64,000 nucleotides of DNA from Eledone cirrhosa (Eukaryota), in assembly GCA_964016885.1 (NCBI GenBank), contig OZ024745.1, positions 73,470,001-73,534,000 of the forward strand, read 5' to 3'. The notes under the pieces are model-generated. The model was not told the DNA's origin and did no database searches. It saw only the letters and a list, made by a program, of their open reading frames with translations. Made by a program: the position numbers and the translations under genes. How positions within the stretch are numbered: position 1 is the first letter of the stretch; every line of letters starts with the position of its first letter. Below are positions 27,771-41,450 of the stretch, in pieces.

Positions 27771-29225
27771 GGTAAGAGTTGTCGTGATTGTAGAGGCGTA
27801 GACTGTATTTTATGTTTTAACTGTTTCAGCGGAACTTTGCGTGGCCTTGCGGGATATCGGGTTATAAATGTTGGTTGTGTGTGGGATGTGGTAAGACATG
27901 TCTTAAAAGACTCGTTCTAATAATCTGTTTGATTGTCTGTGATTAGGCAGAGATAAAGTACATGTCCTGCCAGCTATAGTTAGCATATAACTTCCGGCGT
28001 TATGTGAAGTAACTAACTTGAAGTTCTCGAAGGTCCAGGAGGTGACCGGAATTGCTTTGTATCTGAATGAACGATGGCAATCGAGATAATTAAGAAAACG
28101 TACGTTCCTAGTAATATAGAGATGGGGATGCTTTTGAAGAGGTGGGTTATGGATATGACACAATATCGTTGGTGTTTGAAGTATCTATGTCAGTCTGGGA
28201 TGGATTTGGAGGACGAAATTAATTGTTGTAATGAGTTGCGGATTGTAAAAGTTTCGGTTTCTTGACCGGTAGTATCAGTATGAACAGGAGTGAAATCCAA
28301 GAAATGTTGTGAGGGTTGAAATCCCCGAGGAGGATGACATAAGAAAAGGGTCAAGTGAAATAAAACTCTTCGATACAAGAAGATATATGCGAGAAGTGTT
28401 GTTAGTTAAAGGTATACGGAAAGCGGTAGTGAAAGCAGATGTGTTTAGAGAGAGAGAGAGAGACTTTTAGCCACAGTTACTGGAAGAGTTTATTGCTGAT
28501 ATTTGTATGAGTAAGGTGAGTGGAAAGAAGAGTAGAATTTACATATGCGCAGCCACTACATTAACAGTACTGGTTTAATATATTAGACCACATAAAATTT
28601 TAAATGTTGAAACACAGCCAATTGTACAATTGCAACTGTTTAAATGAAGTAAATGTATGTGTATATATCGAAATAGAAATACGCATATAGAAATATATTG
28701 TCACAGATTGAATTTTATAGTATAAGATCGCAAATTTAAGGGAATGATTATAGTCACCTGAGTTAGCTACAGTGATTGATTGATACTTCTTTGATCAGCC
28801 ATAAAAGGATTTATGAAATTACGCCATGTGGGATGTGAAACCATTGACGTAAATATATGTAACACTGTCTCTTTGAAAGTAGAATAAAATAATTTAAAGT
28901 AACATTATATCAATACTGGACGAAGCGTTATCTAATATTCCTTTGAAATTGGAGTGGAATAATTTGAGTCTCAGGCGCAGCTGGTTCCGAATAAAAGTGC
29001 CCGAATTAGGCCTCTAGTAAGGGCTGTGGAAACCCCATGACTTCGAATCGCTAGGGTAGTTTTCAGCCTGTGTTGAGAAGCAAGGAGGGATGGAACGTGA
29101 GGCGAGCTGCCTTATCTCCATTAAACAAAATTGCCACAGAAATGACGAAATATATGTGACAAGGGTTGCCGTCGTGCGAAACAGATATCTCTCGCCACAC
29201 CTCCAGGAACTAAAGAAGAAGAAAT

Positions 29226-29332
29226 ACTTGTTTCTACTTTAGGCACAAGGCCAGCAATTACCCAGTGCATTACTGGTACTTTATTTTATCGACCCCGTAA
29301 GGATGAAAGGCAAAGTCAACCTCGGCGGGATT
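29226..29332 (-). mobile_element. SINE fragment with TSD aagaaatact
   Basis: Consensus 3' half; 10-bp duplication on both sides. Confidence 0.85.
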
Positions 29333-29489
29333 AAGAAATACTAAGTGACATTTAGTCGGACGCTGCTCCGTTTCTGCCATTGAACTTCTGTTACAGATAT
29401 GAAGTTATGAACAATAAATTCTTACACAGGGAAAACGTTTCAGTGGATTAAATCGACCTCACTACTTGCTAATTATTTTATCCCGAATA

Positions 29490-29936
29490 CAAGCCGAAAT
29501 TGGGGTTTCTCCGAAGGGTCTTTGGAGTAACGTGACTCGATAAAGTGTGTAACTCGGAAATCAGCGAATCACTGCATGTAGAGCCACTACTTCTCCGAAT
29601 TGAGAGATCACAGCTCCGATACTATGGGCATGAAATTAGAATGTTTCAGGACAGAATCGCTGGACAGATTTTACGGGCAAAACCAACCAGCAGGAGACCT
29701 AAGGGAAGACCCCGTGCAAGATGGTTGGATAACATCCATGAGCTTGGCTGGTCTCGCTTGGAGATCCAGCCGGATTAGTTGGAGACGATTGCTTCTGACA
29801 GGACCCACTAGAAGGAGTGTTCGAGGACTCCACGACCTTCTCAAGAAGAAGAAGAAGAAGAAGAAGAAGAAGAAGAAGAAGAAGAAGAAGAAGAAGAAGA
29901 AGAAGAAGAAGAAGAAGAAGAAGAAGAAGAAGAAGA
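29490..29936 (+). mobile_element. RTE-type LINE 3' end with long (GAA)n tail
   Basis: ORF 29545: EPLLLRIERSQLRYYGH...RRPKGRPRARWLD. Confidence 0.88.
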
Positions 29937-30741
29937 CGACTACGACAATGATGATGATGATGATGATGATTCTGAAAGACAACACCAACCCTGACAAATT
30001 TTACATTCAGAAAGTAAATGGACGAAGTTACATACAATACGGCTGTCTAAGGAATCTACAAATCTATCATTCATCCACATCTTGATTGATTAAAAACAAA
30101 AACAAATTTTGGAGGGGTCAACCATAGACGATTAAATCGACACCAGTGTAATATTATTTTAGTAATATTTTCTTATTGACTGTTTTCACTGCACAACCGA
30201 TAAATATTCTGTGTCTTGAGTATATCCACCATTTCTTTTTATGTATTTCTCTATAGTATTGAAACTATCCCACATATGTGTGAACTGCCGAGTTGTGCTA
30301 TTTTTGTACGCTATATATCCGTATATGCCCAAGTGTTTTGCTTATGTATTTGCTTGGATCACTATTTATCATTCACAATGCACCAACTGTTAAGGGGATT
30401 GTTTCCAATCTATACGTCCTGCTTATCTCTATTTCCAGATGTTTATATTTGGATATTTGGAGAGATATCATCATCTGTTGAAATTCACACATGAATTAGG
30501 AGATATTTTTTTTTTCTTTATGGTCTTTGAGGATATAATCTCGACGAATTACCTTAATCTCCATGCCTATATACAATGACATATCCCGGAGTATGATCAC
30601 GTTCTTATCTAAGACATTTTGTGTTGTATATTTTTTCCAACACTTTTCTATCTATATTTCAATTTTTTTTACGGCTGGCATGATTTTTCAGCGCCTGAAA
30701 GTGGCACTACGGGTGTGTTTATTGGTACCCCCCACCTCGCC

Positions 30742-30851
<110 letters not shown>

Positions 30852-30883
30852 AGGTGTGTAACTACAATTACACGCAGCGTATT

Positions 30884-30928
<45 letters not shown>

Positions 30929-30930
<2 letters not shown>

Positions 30931-31636
30931 GGGTGGAGCATAGATATCTCTCACATTTGGAGTGTGCACTGTGCGGGCTGTAGTTGTGGTGGTAGGACAG
31001 GTCACATTCGGTAGGCTAAGCTCTAGCATTTTTAGTACCCATTTTTCTGTAATAGCGACACAGCGATCGTTCCGTAGAGGTTTCACACTCCTTCCAAATG
31101 CATCTGTACCAGATCGGAAAGCGATTTTGCTTTGGATATCTAACCTTCAGGATACTGGATCCACACTGAAGAGAAAATTACCTGGCAGAACAAGGACCGT
31201 TAGAACTCCAGAGAAAAGGTGGCAGCTGTAAGAGCATCCATTCAGCAATCGCCAAGGTTTCCGTTCGTAAGCAAAGCATAATACGAGGGATATAAAGTCG
31301 GAGTTTGAGGAGGATTCTGCATGCCGATTTGAAACTGCATCCTTATAAAATGATATTAGTTTAAGAATTAACTGAAACAGATCATGCCAACCACAGAGCG
31401 GTAAATCGATGCGATTCCACCTGAGACAACCCAGAGAGCCATGGAGAACTTCTGGTAACGACTCCATCAATGTATTGCCAACGACGGCCGCCTTTTGTCT
31501 GATATAAATTCTAAAAAACATTAAAACAAAATCATTTTTTCTGTACTTTTTAGAAATGCAGTCAGTTTTTTTAAAAAATAGTTCTGTTCTTTTTTATATC
31601 CCTTCAAAATGTGGGGGTTCTTTATGCCCCACCCTG
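30929..31636 (+). mobile_element. Internally deleted Tc1/mariner-superfamily element (DUF4817-type HTH)
   Basis: Imperfect 30-bp TIRs cagggtggagcatagatatctctcacattt / aaatgtgggggttctttatgccccaccctg in a TA context. Peptide SVIATQRSFRR...PDRKAILLWISNLQDTGS...PGRTRTVRTPE. Confidence 0.85.
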
Positions 31637-31828
31637 TATATATGAGGAGGGGGGGTTTACTAGTTAAGACTAGTAAGACCATTGTTCAGCATAGTATTCG
31701 ATATTGAAAAGGTAAAGTGTAGGAATGATAATGAGTTTCTACCGAAGGCTGAGTTTGTAATGTTTTGACAGTTCCTGTTGAAAACAGTTCCTGTGTTGAC
31801 ATTTCCTACTATCTAACGGCAAAGATAC

Positions 31829-31861
<33 letters not shown>

Positions 31862-32552
31862 CGCACATCCTGAAAATAGAAATTATATCTACTCAAGCCT
31901 ACAATATAGACATACAAAACACAAATGATTTCTCTTAATCACTGCTATACATTCCTTGTGTTATAAAAAAGTTCACAGTATATATACCGAAATATATACG
32001 ATTAACATTCATGCCTTCATATATACGATTACCATTCATGCATTTAACATTCTGTTAAAATTATGCATATCTGCAATCAAAACTGCGTGGGTAGGCATGC
32101 ACACACATCACTCTCACCCACACATATACATATACATATATATATATACACATACACATATGTATATATAAATATTTGCGTGCGTCTTCACCAATTGTTA
32201 GACCCGCATCACTCATGTACACATACAGACAGATATACAATCATAAAAAAAACCTATAACACTTTTATATGCATGTTAATACACACACATACATATTTGT
32301 ATAGAGATAATCAAATATCAATATATTACTAAAATAATATAAACAATTAAAATAATATAAACAATTCACTATCCAGATGGCTTCCAAAAATAATGGTCGC
32401 ATTTTAAAAGGGTACGTCAAAGCTTATTTGTAAAACTGTTATATATTGTATTTTGTCTGATGAAGGCATACCTTAATTTAATTTGGTATCCCTGAAATAT
32501 GTATAATGAATTAAATATGGTTTTATAAATATAGTTTCCATTTATTAATATC

Positions 32553-32648
<96 letters not shown>

Positions 32649-32805
32649 AAATATACACGGGTGTGTATGATTGTGTATAGAAGATTATATTAATAAGAGG
32701 AATTCCAATTTTGTCTGATTTACTCGTTTTATTTACAATCCTTTAACATTTATAATGGTATTATAATGAAATAGTATGATAGAATATTAAATGTTAAGTG
32801 TTAAT

Positions 32806-32844
32806 TGAACAAGTACTTTCATGCTTTCGCAATCTTCAGGTTCA
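32806..32844 (-). ncRNA. Minimal type I HHR downstream of PLE-4
   Basis: TGAAC CTGAAGA t-tgc-GAAA-gca-t GAAA GTAC TT GTTCA: GNRA-capped stem II, palindromic stem III; same strand as the ORF, about 390 bp 3' of its stop. Confidence 0.85.
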
Positions 32845-33235
32845 TAATGTGTGGTGACAGTCAAGTTTGCAATTTTCAACTGTAATGAGATGGGTAAATT
32901 TTGTACCTTATATACAGTGAAAAGTGGCTCCAGAATGCTAAATCTTGCAAACTATATTTCGATCAATCGGTGTGTAGTTTCACTGAATTACTAAAGCTGA
33001 TTGGTTTAGGCGTCACGGTTGGTTGAGCACGTCTAACGACCAACAATTGATCCTATCCAAAGCATCAATTGTTTTGCTATTTTTAGAAATGATGAAAATA
33101 GCATTTTCTAGTAATCATCACCATCAACATCACTTTTATTATTATTATTATTATTGTTGTTGTTGTTGTTGTTAGTGGTCGTAGTCGACATGGTCGTAGT
33201 CATAGTCATAGTAGAAGTAATACCCCTAAGCATTA

Positions 33236-34030
33236 TTATTGTTCATTTAGCTTGGGTTTGAATTTATCAATAACATTCTTTTCTTTGATTTTTCTCTTGA
33301 TTTCACTTGGGCTGTGTAATTTGTAGAGTGGGAATATTATAAATATTCCCTGACCACATGTTGCTAGATGGTTACTTATCTGACGGACATTTGGGTCTCT
33401 GATTTGCTGACGGTGTACCCGTGCACGTTCCGATAGTGCATTTCCAGTTTGACCGACATATAGTTCTTCACAATTCGGGCATTTAATGCAGTAAATTAGA
33501 TTTCTGCTTTTGCAGTTCATATTTGCATTTGGGAATATTTTTCCAGTTTTTGTTTTCATATATTGACCGGCGTGTATGGATTGACATGTGCCGCATCGAC
33601 TATCATTGCATTTAGATACAGTGAATGATTGGTCTTTGTTGTTAAGGTCAAACTTTGCTTTTGTTAGTAATTGCTTCAAATTTTTCGGCTGTCTTTTACT
33701 AAGAGTCAAAGATCGATCTGTGATTAAGCCTTTTAATTCATTACTTTGAGCAATGATCGGTAGGTTTGCTTTGGCAGTGTTGAAGATATTCTGGTGACAT
33801 GGGTTGTGTGTCATTATAAATGGTATGACCAGTTCTTGGTTTCTTCTTCCTTGGGTTGTCCAAAGTTGTTGTATAGGTATTTTTATAGCCCGCTGTATGC
33901 CATTTTCTATAAGTAGAGATGGGTATTTTTGTTTGAGCAAAAATTCTCTTAGTTCTGTTAGGCGTTTGTACCTGGTATTCGTATCTTCTACAATGGTACA
34001 AATTCTTCTGGCTAGGCAGTATGGGATGTA
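33236..34030 (-). pseudogene. PLE-4, 5'-truncated Neptune-like PLE: thumb, Cys knuckle and GIY-YIG endonuclease
   Basis: IPYCLARRICTI, KRQPKNLKQLL, CNDSRCGTC, NCKSRNLIYCIKCPNCEELYVGQT...RARVH, terminal PKLN. Confidence 0.9.
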
Positions 34031-34249
34031 ACAAATTCCTTTATGAAAAATAAGCAGGTACGCTTTAACATATATTCAATTCGTGATCTTAAAAAAAAGT
34101 ATTTCGTTAGAGATAAACGCAATTTCTCCCTCCATATCAACAACTCTTCGCTTTACCGTTTTTATGACATTTACTATAACCAGTCAGTGACATTTGCTAT
34201 GTATTAAAAGCCCTTTAAGTTTAGCTGATGTACCTTCTGATCAATAGTA

Positions 34250-34560
34250 TGTCAGGTCACCAGTTGGTGCTACTGGTAACATGTATACCAGTACAACCTG
34301 TTTCATGGTCGGGTCGTTGGCGACTAAACTGGCAACCCCACCAAGGTTTCTTGGTGAGGAGAGTGGCTTTGGACATCCTGCAGGACTAAAAACAAAACCT
34401 GTCAAAAGGCAAAGGGGCTCTTAAGAGTCAATAGCCATCCAAAATCACCGGGGAGATGACCCCTTAGCCTTTGTCAAGGCAGAATTCTAGGAGAAGGAAA
34501 ACTCTGATATAACACCTGCAACCCTGATGGTATCCAATGACGTTGACTTGTTCTTCTTGT
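34250..34560 (+). mobile_element. Probable LINE 5'-UTR-like repeat fragment
   Basis: Resemblance only (ggcgactaaactggcaacccc...ggagaaggaaaactctg); no coding support. Confidence 0.3.
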
Positions 34561-34855
34561 TGGTAAATATCATCTTGGTTAAGAGAGTGGGACTGGCTTT
34601 GTGCAGTGCCTTTGCTCACTATAAAAGCTTCACGGCACAGGCATTGCTTTATATCTGGAGATCTCTCTGCACTTGTCGTCACATGGTACCATGGGCCCAG
34701 CACTATGTGTCAATAATTGTCACAAGTGTAGTGTTTGTAGCAGAGTTTTCAAGTCGCTGGCTGGACTAAAAAGTCACACTCGTTCAGCGCATCGGTAGGG
34801 GTTCTCCTACATGGATATAAAGTAGTGGCCGTACTCGAAAAAGAGTTGGCAGCCA

Positions 34856-34986
<131 letters not shown>

Positions 34987-35003
34987 CATATATACATATA
35001 TAT

Positions 35004-35090
<87 letters not shown>

Positions 35091-35112
35091 CATATATACA
35101 TACATATATATA

Positions 35113-35170
<58 letters not shown>

Positions 35171-35182
35171 TATATATGTATG

Positions 35183-35316
<134 letters not shown>

Positions 35317-35377
35317 TGTGTGTGTGTAAGGCTATGAATTTCAGACAACACTAGTGTTGTCTGAAATGTATAGCCTT

Positions 35378-35459
35378 ACACACGCTGAGGAACCGAGGTT
35401 ATTCCATTTCTGTCAACAACTTACTGGCGAAACAGAACTCTTTGGATTTGTACGTGTGT
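35378..35459 (+). ncRNA. Type I hammerhead ribozyme (family H9)
   Basis: ACACACG CTGAGGA [37-nt stem II] GAAA caga...ttt GTA CGTGTGT: 7-bp stem I, acaga/tttgt stem III. Confidence 0.8.
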
Positions 35460-35710
35460 TATATAGTTATAGAGGTATTTATTTACGCTTTAATTTATAT
35501 TTTTAATTATCGTGTCTATAGTCTGCCTTTCATAGGTTATAGATTCCATACACTGGTGCTTTTTTCCCTGTTTTATTGATAGCGCACTGTATATCTCTCT
35601 CTGGTGTGTTACCTTTTCAACATATTGTATTTTAAAGACCTCAGGATTTCTTCTCCTTTGAGCACATTATTTACAGGGAATGGTGAGGGTCTATGGCTCC
35701 GTTAATTTAT

Positions 35711-35760
<50 letters not shown>

Positions 35761-35800
35761 GAAACATAAGTCAATTGCATGAACTCATAATCCTTTATTT

Positions 35801-35856
35801 ACTGCTATATATATTTCGATGATACCCATTGAATAGCTATGACCTCATCAGGCAGT
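35801..35856 (-). ncRNA. Type I hammerhead ribozyme (family H10)
   Basis: ACTGC CTGATGA ggtcatagctattcaatgggtatcatc GAAA TATATA TA GCAGT, followed by aaataaa. Confidence 0.82.
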
Positions 35857-36365
35857 TAGTCAGTTCTTAGATATGCCAGCTTTGTGTTTATAGTATTGAT
35901 GGTATCAGAGCCTTGGGACATATGAGCTTGTTAGGAATAATTTAATGTTGTCAGCAGGAATAGTCTTAATTCTCATTGGTCAGTTTGTAGATGCTAGTAG
36001 GGTTGGTATTTGACCTCAAAGAGGCAGGTGGTGTTGTAAAGTTCAAACCATCAGGCAAGATGACAATAGTTCCATATGACTGATTTTCACAAAAAGCATT
36101 TCTGGTCAGATATATATTCAATTGAGGTTAATAGTATGCAATAGATACTACAGGTCATTCTTAAATTGAAGAATGTATGTGGAGTTGTACTACTGAAATT
36201 TATGGTTAGAGTAGAAAATTTACATATAAAAGGTTTATGCTGGTTGACTTGTACATACACTCATACCTACCCCCCCCCCCCCCAGACACTCACACATCTA
36301 CACACACAAATCCATACAGGTGTGTATATATATATATATATATGCATGTATGTATGTACGCAGAA

Positions 36366-36409
<44 letters not shown>

Positions 36410-36649
36410 TATATATATACACAGAACATACATATATATAAAATATATATATATACATAAAATACACACATACATAAAATATATACACACATAAAACATA
36501 CATACATATATATATATAAAATACACATACATATACATATATATATAATATATATACATATATATACATACATATATATAAAATACACATATATACACAT
36601 ATAAGATATATACATATATACACATGATATATATATACATATATATATA

Positions 36650-38125
36650 AAATCAGGTTCAATAAAACGTGGTTTTGATGACTCCTAACCAGTAGAGAAT
36701 CCGGTGGATCAACCACCATAGGGACCACAAACTATGGGTGGTTGTTGTTGTCCATTGTCATTGGTACGGGGTGCAGGGGACCTACAGGGGGGGGGGGCGT
36801 TGTGGGAGGCCGTAACCGGGGTTTATCCATATAGTTTGAGGAAAGTTCCCGTCCTTAGGTGTCTGCAGGCAGCGAATAAGAATAAGTCGGTCCTTCTGTT
36901 TAATAGCTTGGTGCCGTCATGAAGAATCTCGAGTGTCTCACTAAGACAGAGGTTGCAAATACCAGACCCGCCTCTGTCTGGGGGAACCTTTCTAACCACC
37001 GACCAGACCAGAGAGTGCGGGGTCTTTTCAAGTTTGAGCTTCCAGATCAATTCAGAAAGGGCCGTACATTTCCTCTTATCTATTCTGTTAAAGGAATGGT
37101 GATGGTTATACCACCAATCTTTGAAGCTCGTCGCTGTGGTTCCTATGTTTTTCGTCATGCATTCATTACTAAGGGGGCATAGTGATGGGTCTCTGCAATT
37201 ACATGACTTCTTAAGCCCCACCACATGTACCGCGTGGTTACCATCACTCGGGGTTGGCTGGGTAGCCGTCGCAATCAGCACAGAGTCGTTGGGTTCCGGT
37301 GTTCTAGTTGGGCCTGTCCGGGTTTCCGTTGCGTCTCGCGTGCTGGTTCTGTTGGGTGGCTCCGGGGTTTACGGTGGTATTAGAGGCAGTGAGCCTATTT
37401 CTATTTATGCCAGCTATGTGCTGGGCTACGGAGCGTGTGGTTGAGTAGGAAAGTTTCACCGTGTGCCTGTTGAATATTTTATGGTACTTGTGGGCCCTAG
37501 GAAACATTTATCCAGTACTCTAAAGAATGTTCTAGCCAGGCTAGTATGTAGACCCACCGAGTACGGAGGGTTATATCATGTGACATTCCTGGTCCTATTC
37601 TTGCGAGGTTGTTGGGTGTCCGCCGTGGTCCATCGCATGGTTGTGCACAGCTCAGGTCGAGTTCGGTTGGTGTCACTCAGGTGTGCGGAGCGGTGATATC
37701 ATGAGGGTTATATGGCCCCACCATGGGGCTATAAACCTGCGAGGTGCGGCCTCCCTGCTTAATTAGGGTTCGGCGGGTGGTGGGGCCGGTGCAGGAGTGC
37801 CTATGCTCCACAGGACAGTGGTCTTCAGCGTTGTAGGTATTAGACCGGTGGGGTATGTGGGACCTTCTACCGGGGGTGGTGACGGATAGGGGTCTGGGAG
37901 TGCTATTACTGGTCACCGAGGTATTAGGTGGGCGACTCATGCCCCTGAGGGTATTGGTCCGGGGTACCCTAGGATCATCTCGATCATGCCCCTTAGGGTT
38001 ATAGCTGATCCTATGGCTGTGGGACGCCTTAGATAGCGCTGAGTTATAGTAATCAGCGTTATTGAAGATCTCTTTATTAGCCGACAAGTTAGAGATCCTG
38101 TCAGAGACACTCTTAACTACGGCCT
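36650..38125 (-). pseudogene. PLE-3, 5'-truncated Nematis-like PLE (thumb to GIY-YIG), GC-rich
   Basis: SVSDRISNLSANKEIF...YYNSAL, WYNPPY, HKYHKIFNRHTVKLSYS, CNCRDPSLCPLSNEC, TALSELIWKLK, CNLCLSE, LLNRR..CRH. TA arrays at both ends. Confidence 0.92.
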
Positions 38126-38379
38126 TATATATATATATGTAAACAAACAAACAGCCCGGATTACGCCGTACAGTGTTTAGGCAACCACGTCACCTTTTTG
38201 TTCAACACTGACACAGGAACGATGTACTAGTTTCAAGCTTATTAGCTATCGTCAGCATCGTATACCTTCCTGCCAGATGGTTGAACGTCTGAAAGTATAT
38301 ACTTTCCTTATGCATATTAACGGCTGAGCAGTTATATATATATGAGTATTGCTTAAAGCTTTCTCTGTTAATGTATTAA

Positions 38380-38479
<100 letters not shown>

Positions 38480-38574
38480 ATATACACATATATATATATA
38501 TATATAAATATATATATATGAAATGTCATAATAGTTCACACTTAAATGGTGCACTCTGTATGTATGTATGTATG

Positions 38575-38625
<51 letters not shown>

Positions 38626-38630
<5 letters not shown>

Positions 38631-38979
38631 AAGTAAGTCCTTCATCAGTGACCCTCCAACCGTCCCAGGCATTTCATCGCTTTAAGGGCCATATACCTCA
38701 GGTTGGTGCGAACAACGGCTAAAAAAAGTCGTTGGGACACGTAAATAAAGGGGACGTTAGGGTGAACAAACGAAATGGTTTAAGCAACGGAAAGTGAGAA
38801 GAAAGAGACAAGTCCCAGATTTCTATGAATATAAACTCGGTGAAATCGTGAACAAGAGACAAAAGACCATCAAACCTGGTTGAAATGTGAGCAAGGAAGG
38901 AATTTCGCACAGGTCTAACGGGGGGAAGAAGAAGGGGTCTGGTCTGCGAATTCGGTAAACATAAGTTCTGTGAAGTCGC

Positions 38980-39019
<40 letters not shown>

Positions 39020-39222
39020 AAATTCATACCGGCTTGACCAAGAACGCGCGAGAAGAGAAATCTGAAAGGTCAAGCGGGAAGAAAGAGGAGGAAAGAGGAG
39101 GAGGAGGAGAGGTAGTGACAGAGAATGAGTGAGTGAAAGTTGAGGAGGAGGCTAACAGAGAGAGAGACTGCTAGAAAGGGTAAAGATACAAAGAACGAAA
39201 CAGAGAGGTGGCAGCAGAAGAA
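38626..39222 (+). mobile_element. Diverged copy of the 730-bp non-coding family
   Basis: Colinear with 41488-42160. Confidence 0.88.
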
Positions 39223-39240
39223 TATATATATATATATATA

Positions 39241-39586
<346 letters not shown>

Positions 39587-39636
39587 GAATGATATGCAAT
39601 GTCATAATAGTTCACACTTAAATGGTGCACTCTGTA

Positions 39637-39682
<46 letters not shown>

Positions 39683-39732
39683 AGTATGTATGTATACGTA
39701 CATACATATATGTATACAGACGTACAGTAGCA

Positions 39733-39796
<64 letters not shown>

Positions 39797-40169
39797 TACA
39801 CACATGCATACAGGTACACATACATATATGCACGCATCAGTTTAGCCGACGTTTATTATAACGCCGCTTTGTTCGTTTGTTTGTCAACAAACCGAACAGC
39901 CTGAATTTATGCCATACGGTGTTAAGGCAACCACGTCACCTTTTTATTCAACACTGACACAGGAACGATGTACTAGTTTCAAGCTTGTTAGCTATCATCA
40001 GCACCGTTTACCCATCTGCCAGATAGTTGAACGTTCGAAAGTATATACTTTCCTTATGAAAATTAACGGCTCGGTTTGTTGACAAACAAACGAACAAAGC
40101 GGCGTTATAATAAACGTCGGCTAAACTGATGCGTGCATATATGTATGTGTACCTGTATGCATGTGTGTA

Positions 40170-40243
<74 letters not shown>

Positions 40244-40382
40244 TGCTACTGTACGTCTGTATACATATATGTATGTACGTATACATACATACTTACATTT
40301 AAGTAAGTGCCATACTAAGAGTGAGAAATGAAATTTCGTTTTCATTTTTTTTCAACTTATATATAAATATATATATATATAT

Positions 40383-40520
40383 AGTTCCGTCCCTTTACGG
40401 TCTGATTTCAAATCCCGTCGAGGTTAACTTTGCCTTTCATCCTTACGAGTCGATAAAATAAAGTACCAGTAATGCACTGAGTAATTGCTGGCCTTGTGCC
40501 AAAAGTAGAAACAATTATAA
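40383..40520 (+). mobile_element. tRNA-derived SINE, 5'-truncated
   Basis: Consensus match. Confidence 0.88.
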
Positions 40521-40742
40521 TTTATTGATCAAAGCCAACACATGTTTTATGCAATAACTGTAGACATCTAACGTTTATTTTTGTATGTATTTATTTTTCA
40601 CTGTCATCATGTCCTTACTTCATAAGATTGATTTCCAAATACCTACCGTGGATAATTCTCTCACTGAAAAAAGCAAACTGCGCATGTTGCTATGATTGGG
40701 CTGGAAGTAACACAGCTCACCAATAGCAATAACGAATCAAGG

Positions 40743-40885
<143 letters not shown>

Positions 40886-41093
40886 ATATATATATATATA
40901 TATTTATTAAAATAACAGATTAAAGTTTAAGCAAAGAATCGCTGCTTTCACCCTTAACGGGATCTTAGCGATTCTTTGCTTAAACTTTAATCTGTTATTT
41001 TAATAAATATTTGCTCTACGGTTCTTATATATTTGATATATATTTATCCTTATCGAGCCCTCTTTTGATTTTAGTCTTCAATTTTATTATTAT

Positions 41094-41162
<69 letters not shown>

Positions 41163-41251
41163 CCGTTGTAATTATCTATACTAAACTCGTCCTATAGACT
41201 GAGTGCTCTAACCCTTGGATATTTCCACCTAACGTTTACTACACTCAGTAC

Positions 41252-41428
41252 TCCTTTGGGAGCCCCTACATGGACACACTAGAAGAGGAAGACCAAGGTT
41301 AACGTATGTTGATGTCCTAAGGACAGACACTGGTCTGTTGGAGACGCAGGACATGGCAGCGATAATGAGGGACAGAGACCGCTGGAGAGAACTCGTCCAT
41401 GGATCTCGGGAATTTTACCCGCCTTAGA
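41252..41428 (+). mobile_element. RTE-like LINE extreme 3' end
   Basis: Reverse complement of 48908-49085. Confidence 0.85.
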
Positions 41429-41450
41429 TATATATATATATATATATATA

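Noticed and set aside
36668-36716. gtggtt-ttgatga...aaccac hairpin at the PLE-3 3' end as an HHR
   Set aside because: No GAAA/stem III, and the core-like word is antisense to the element.
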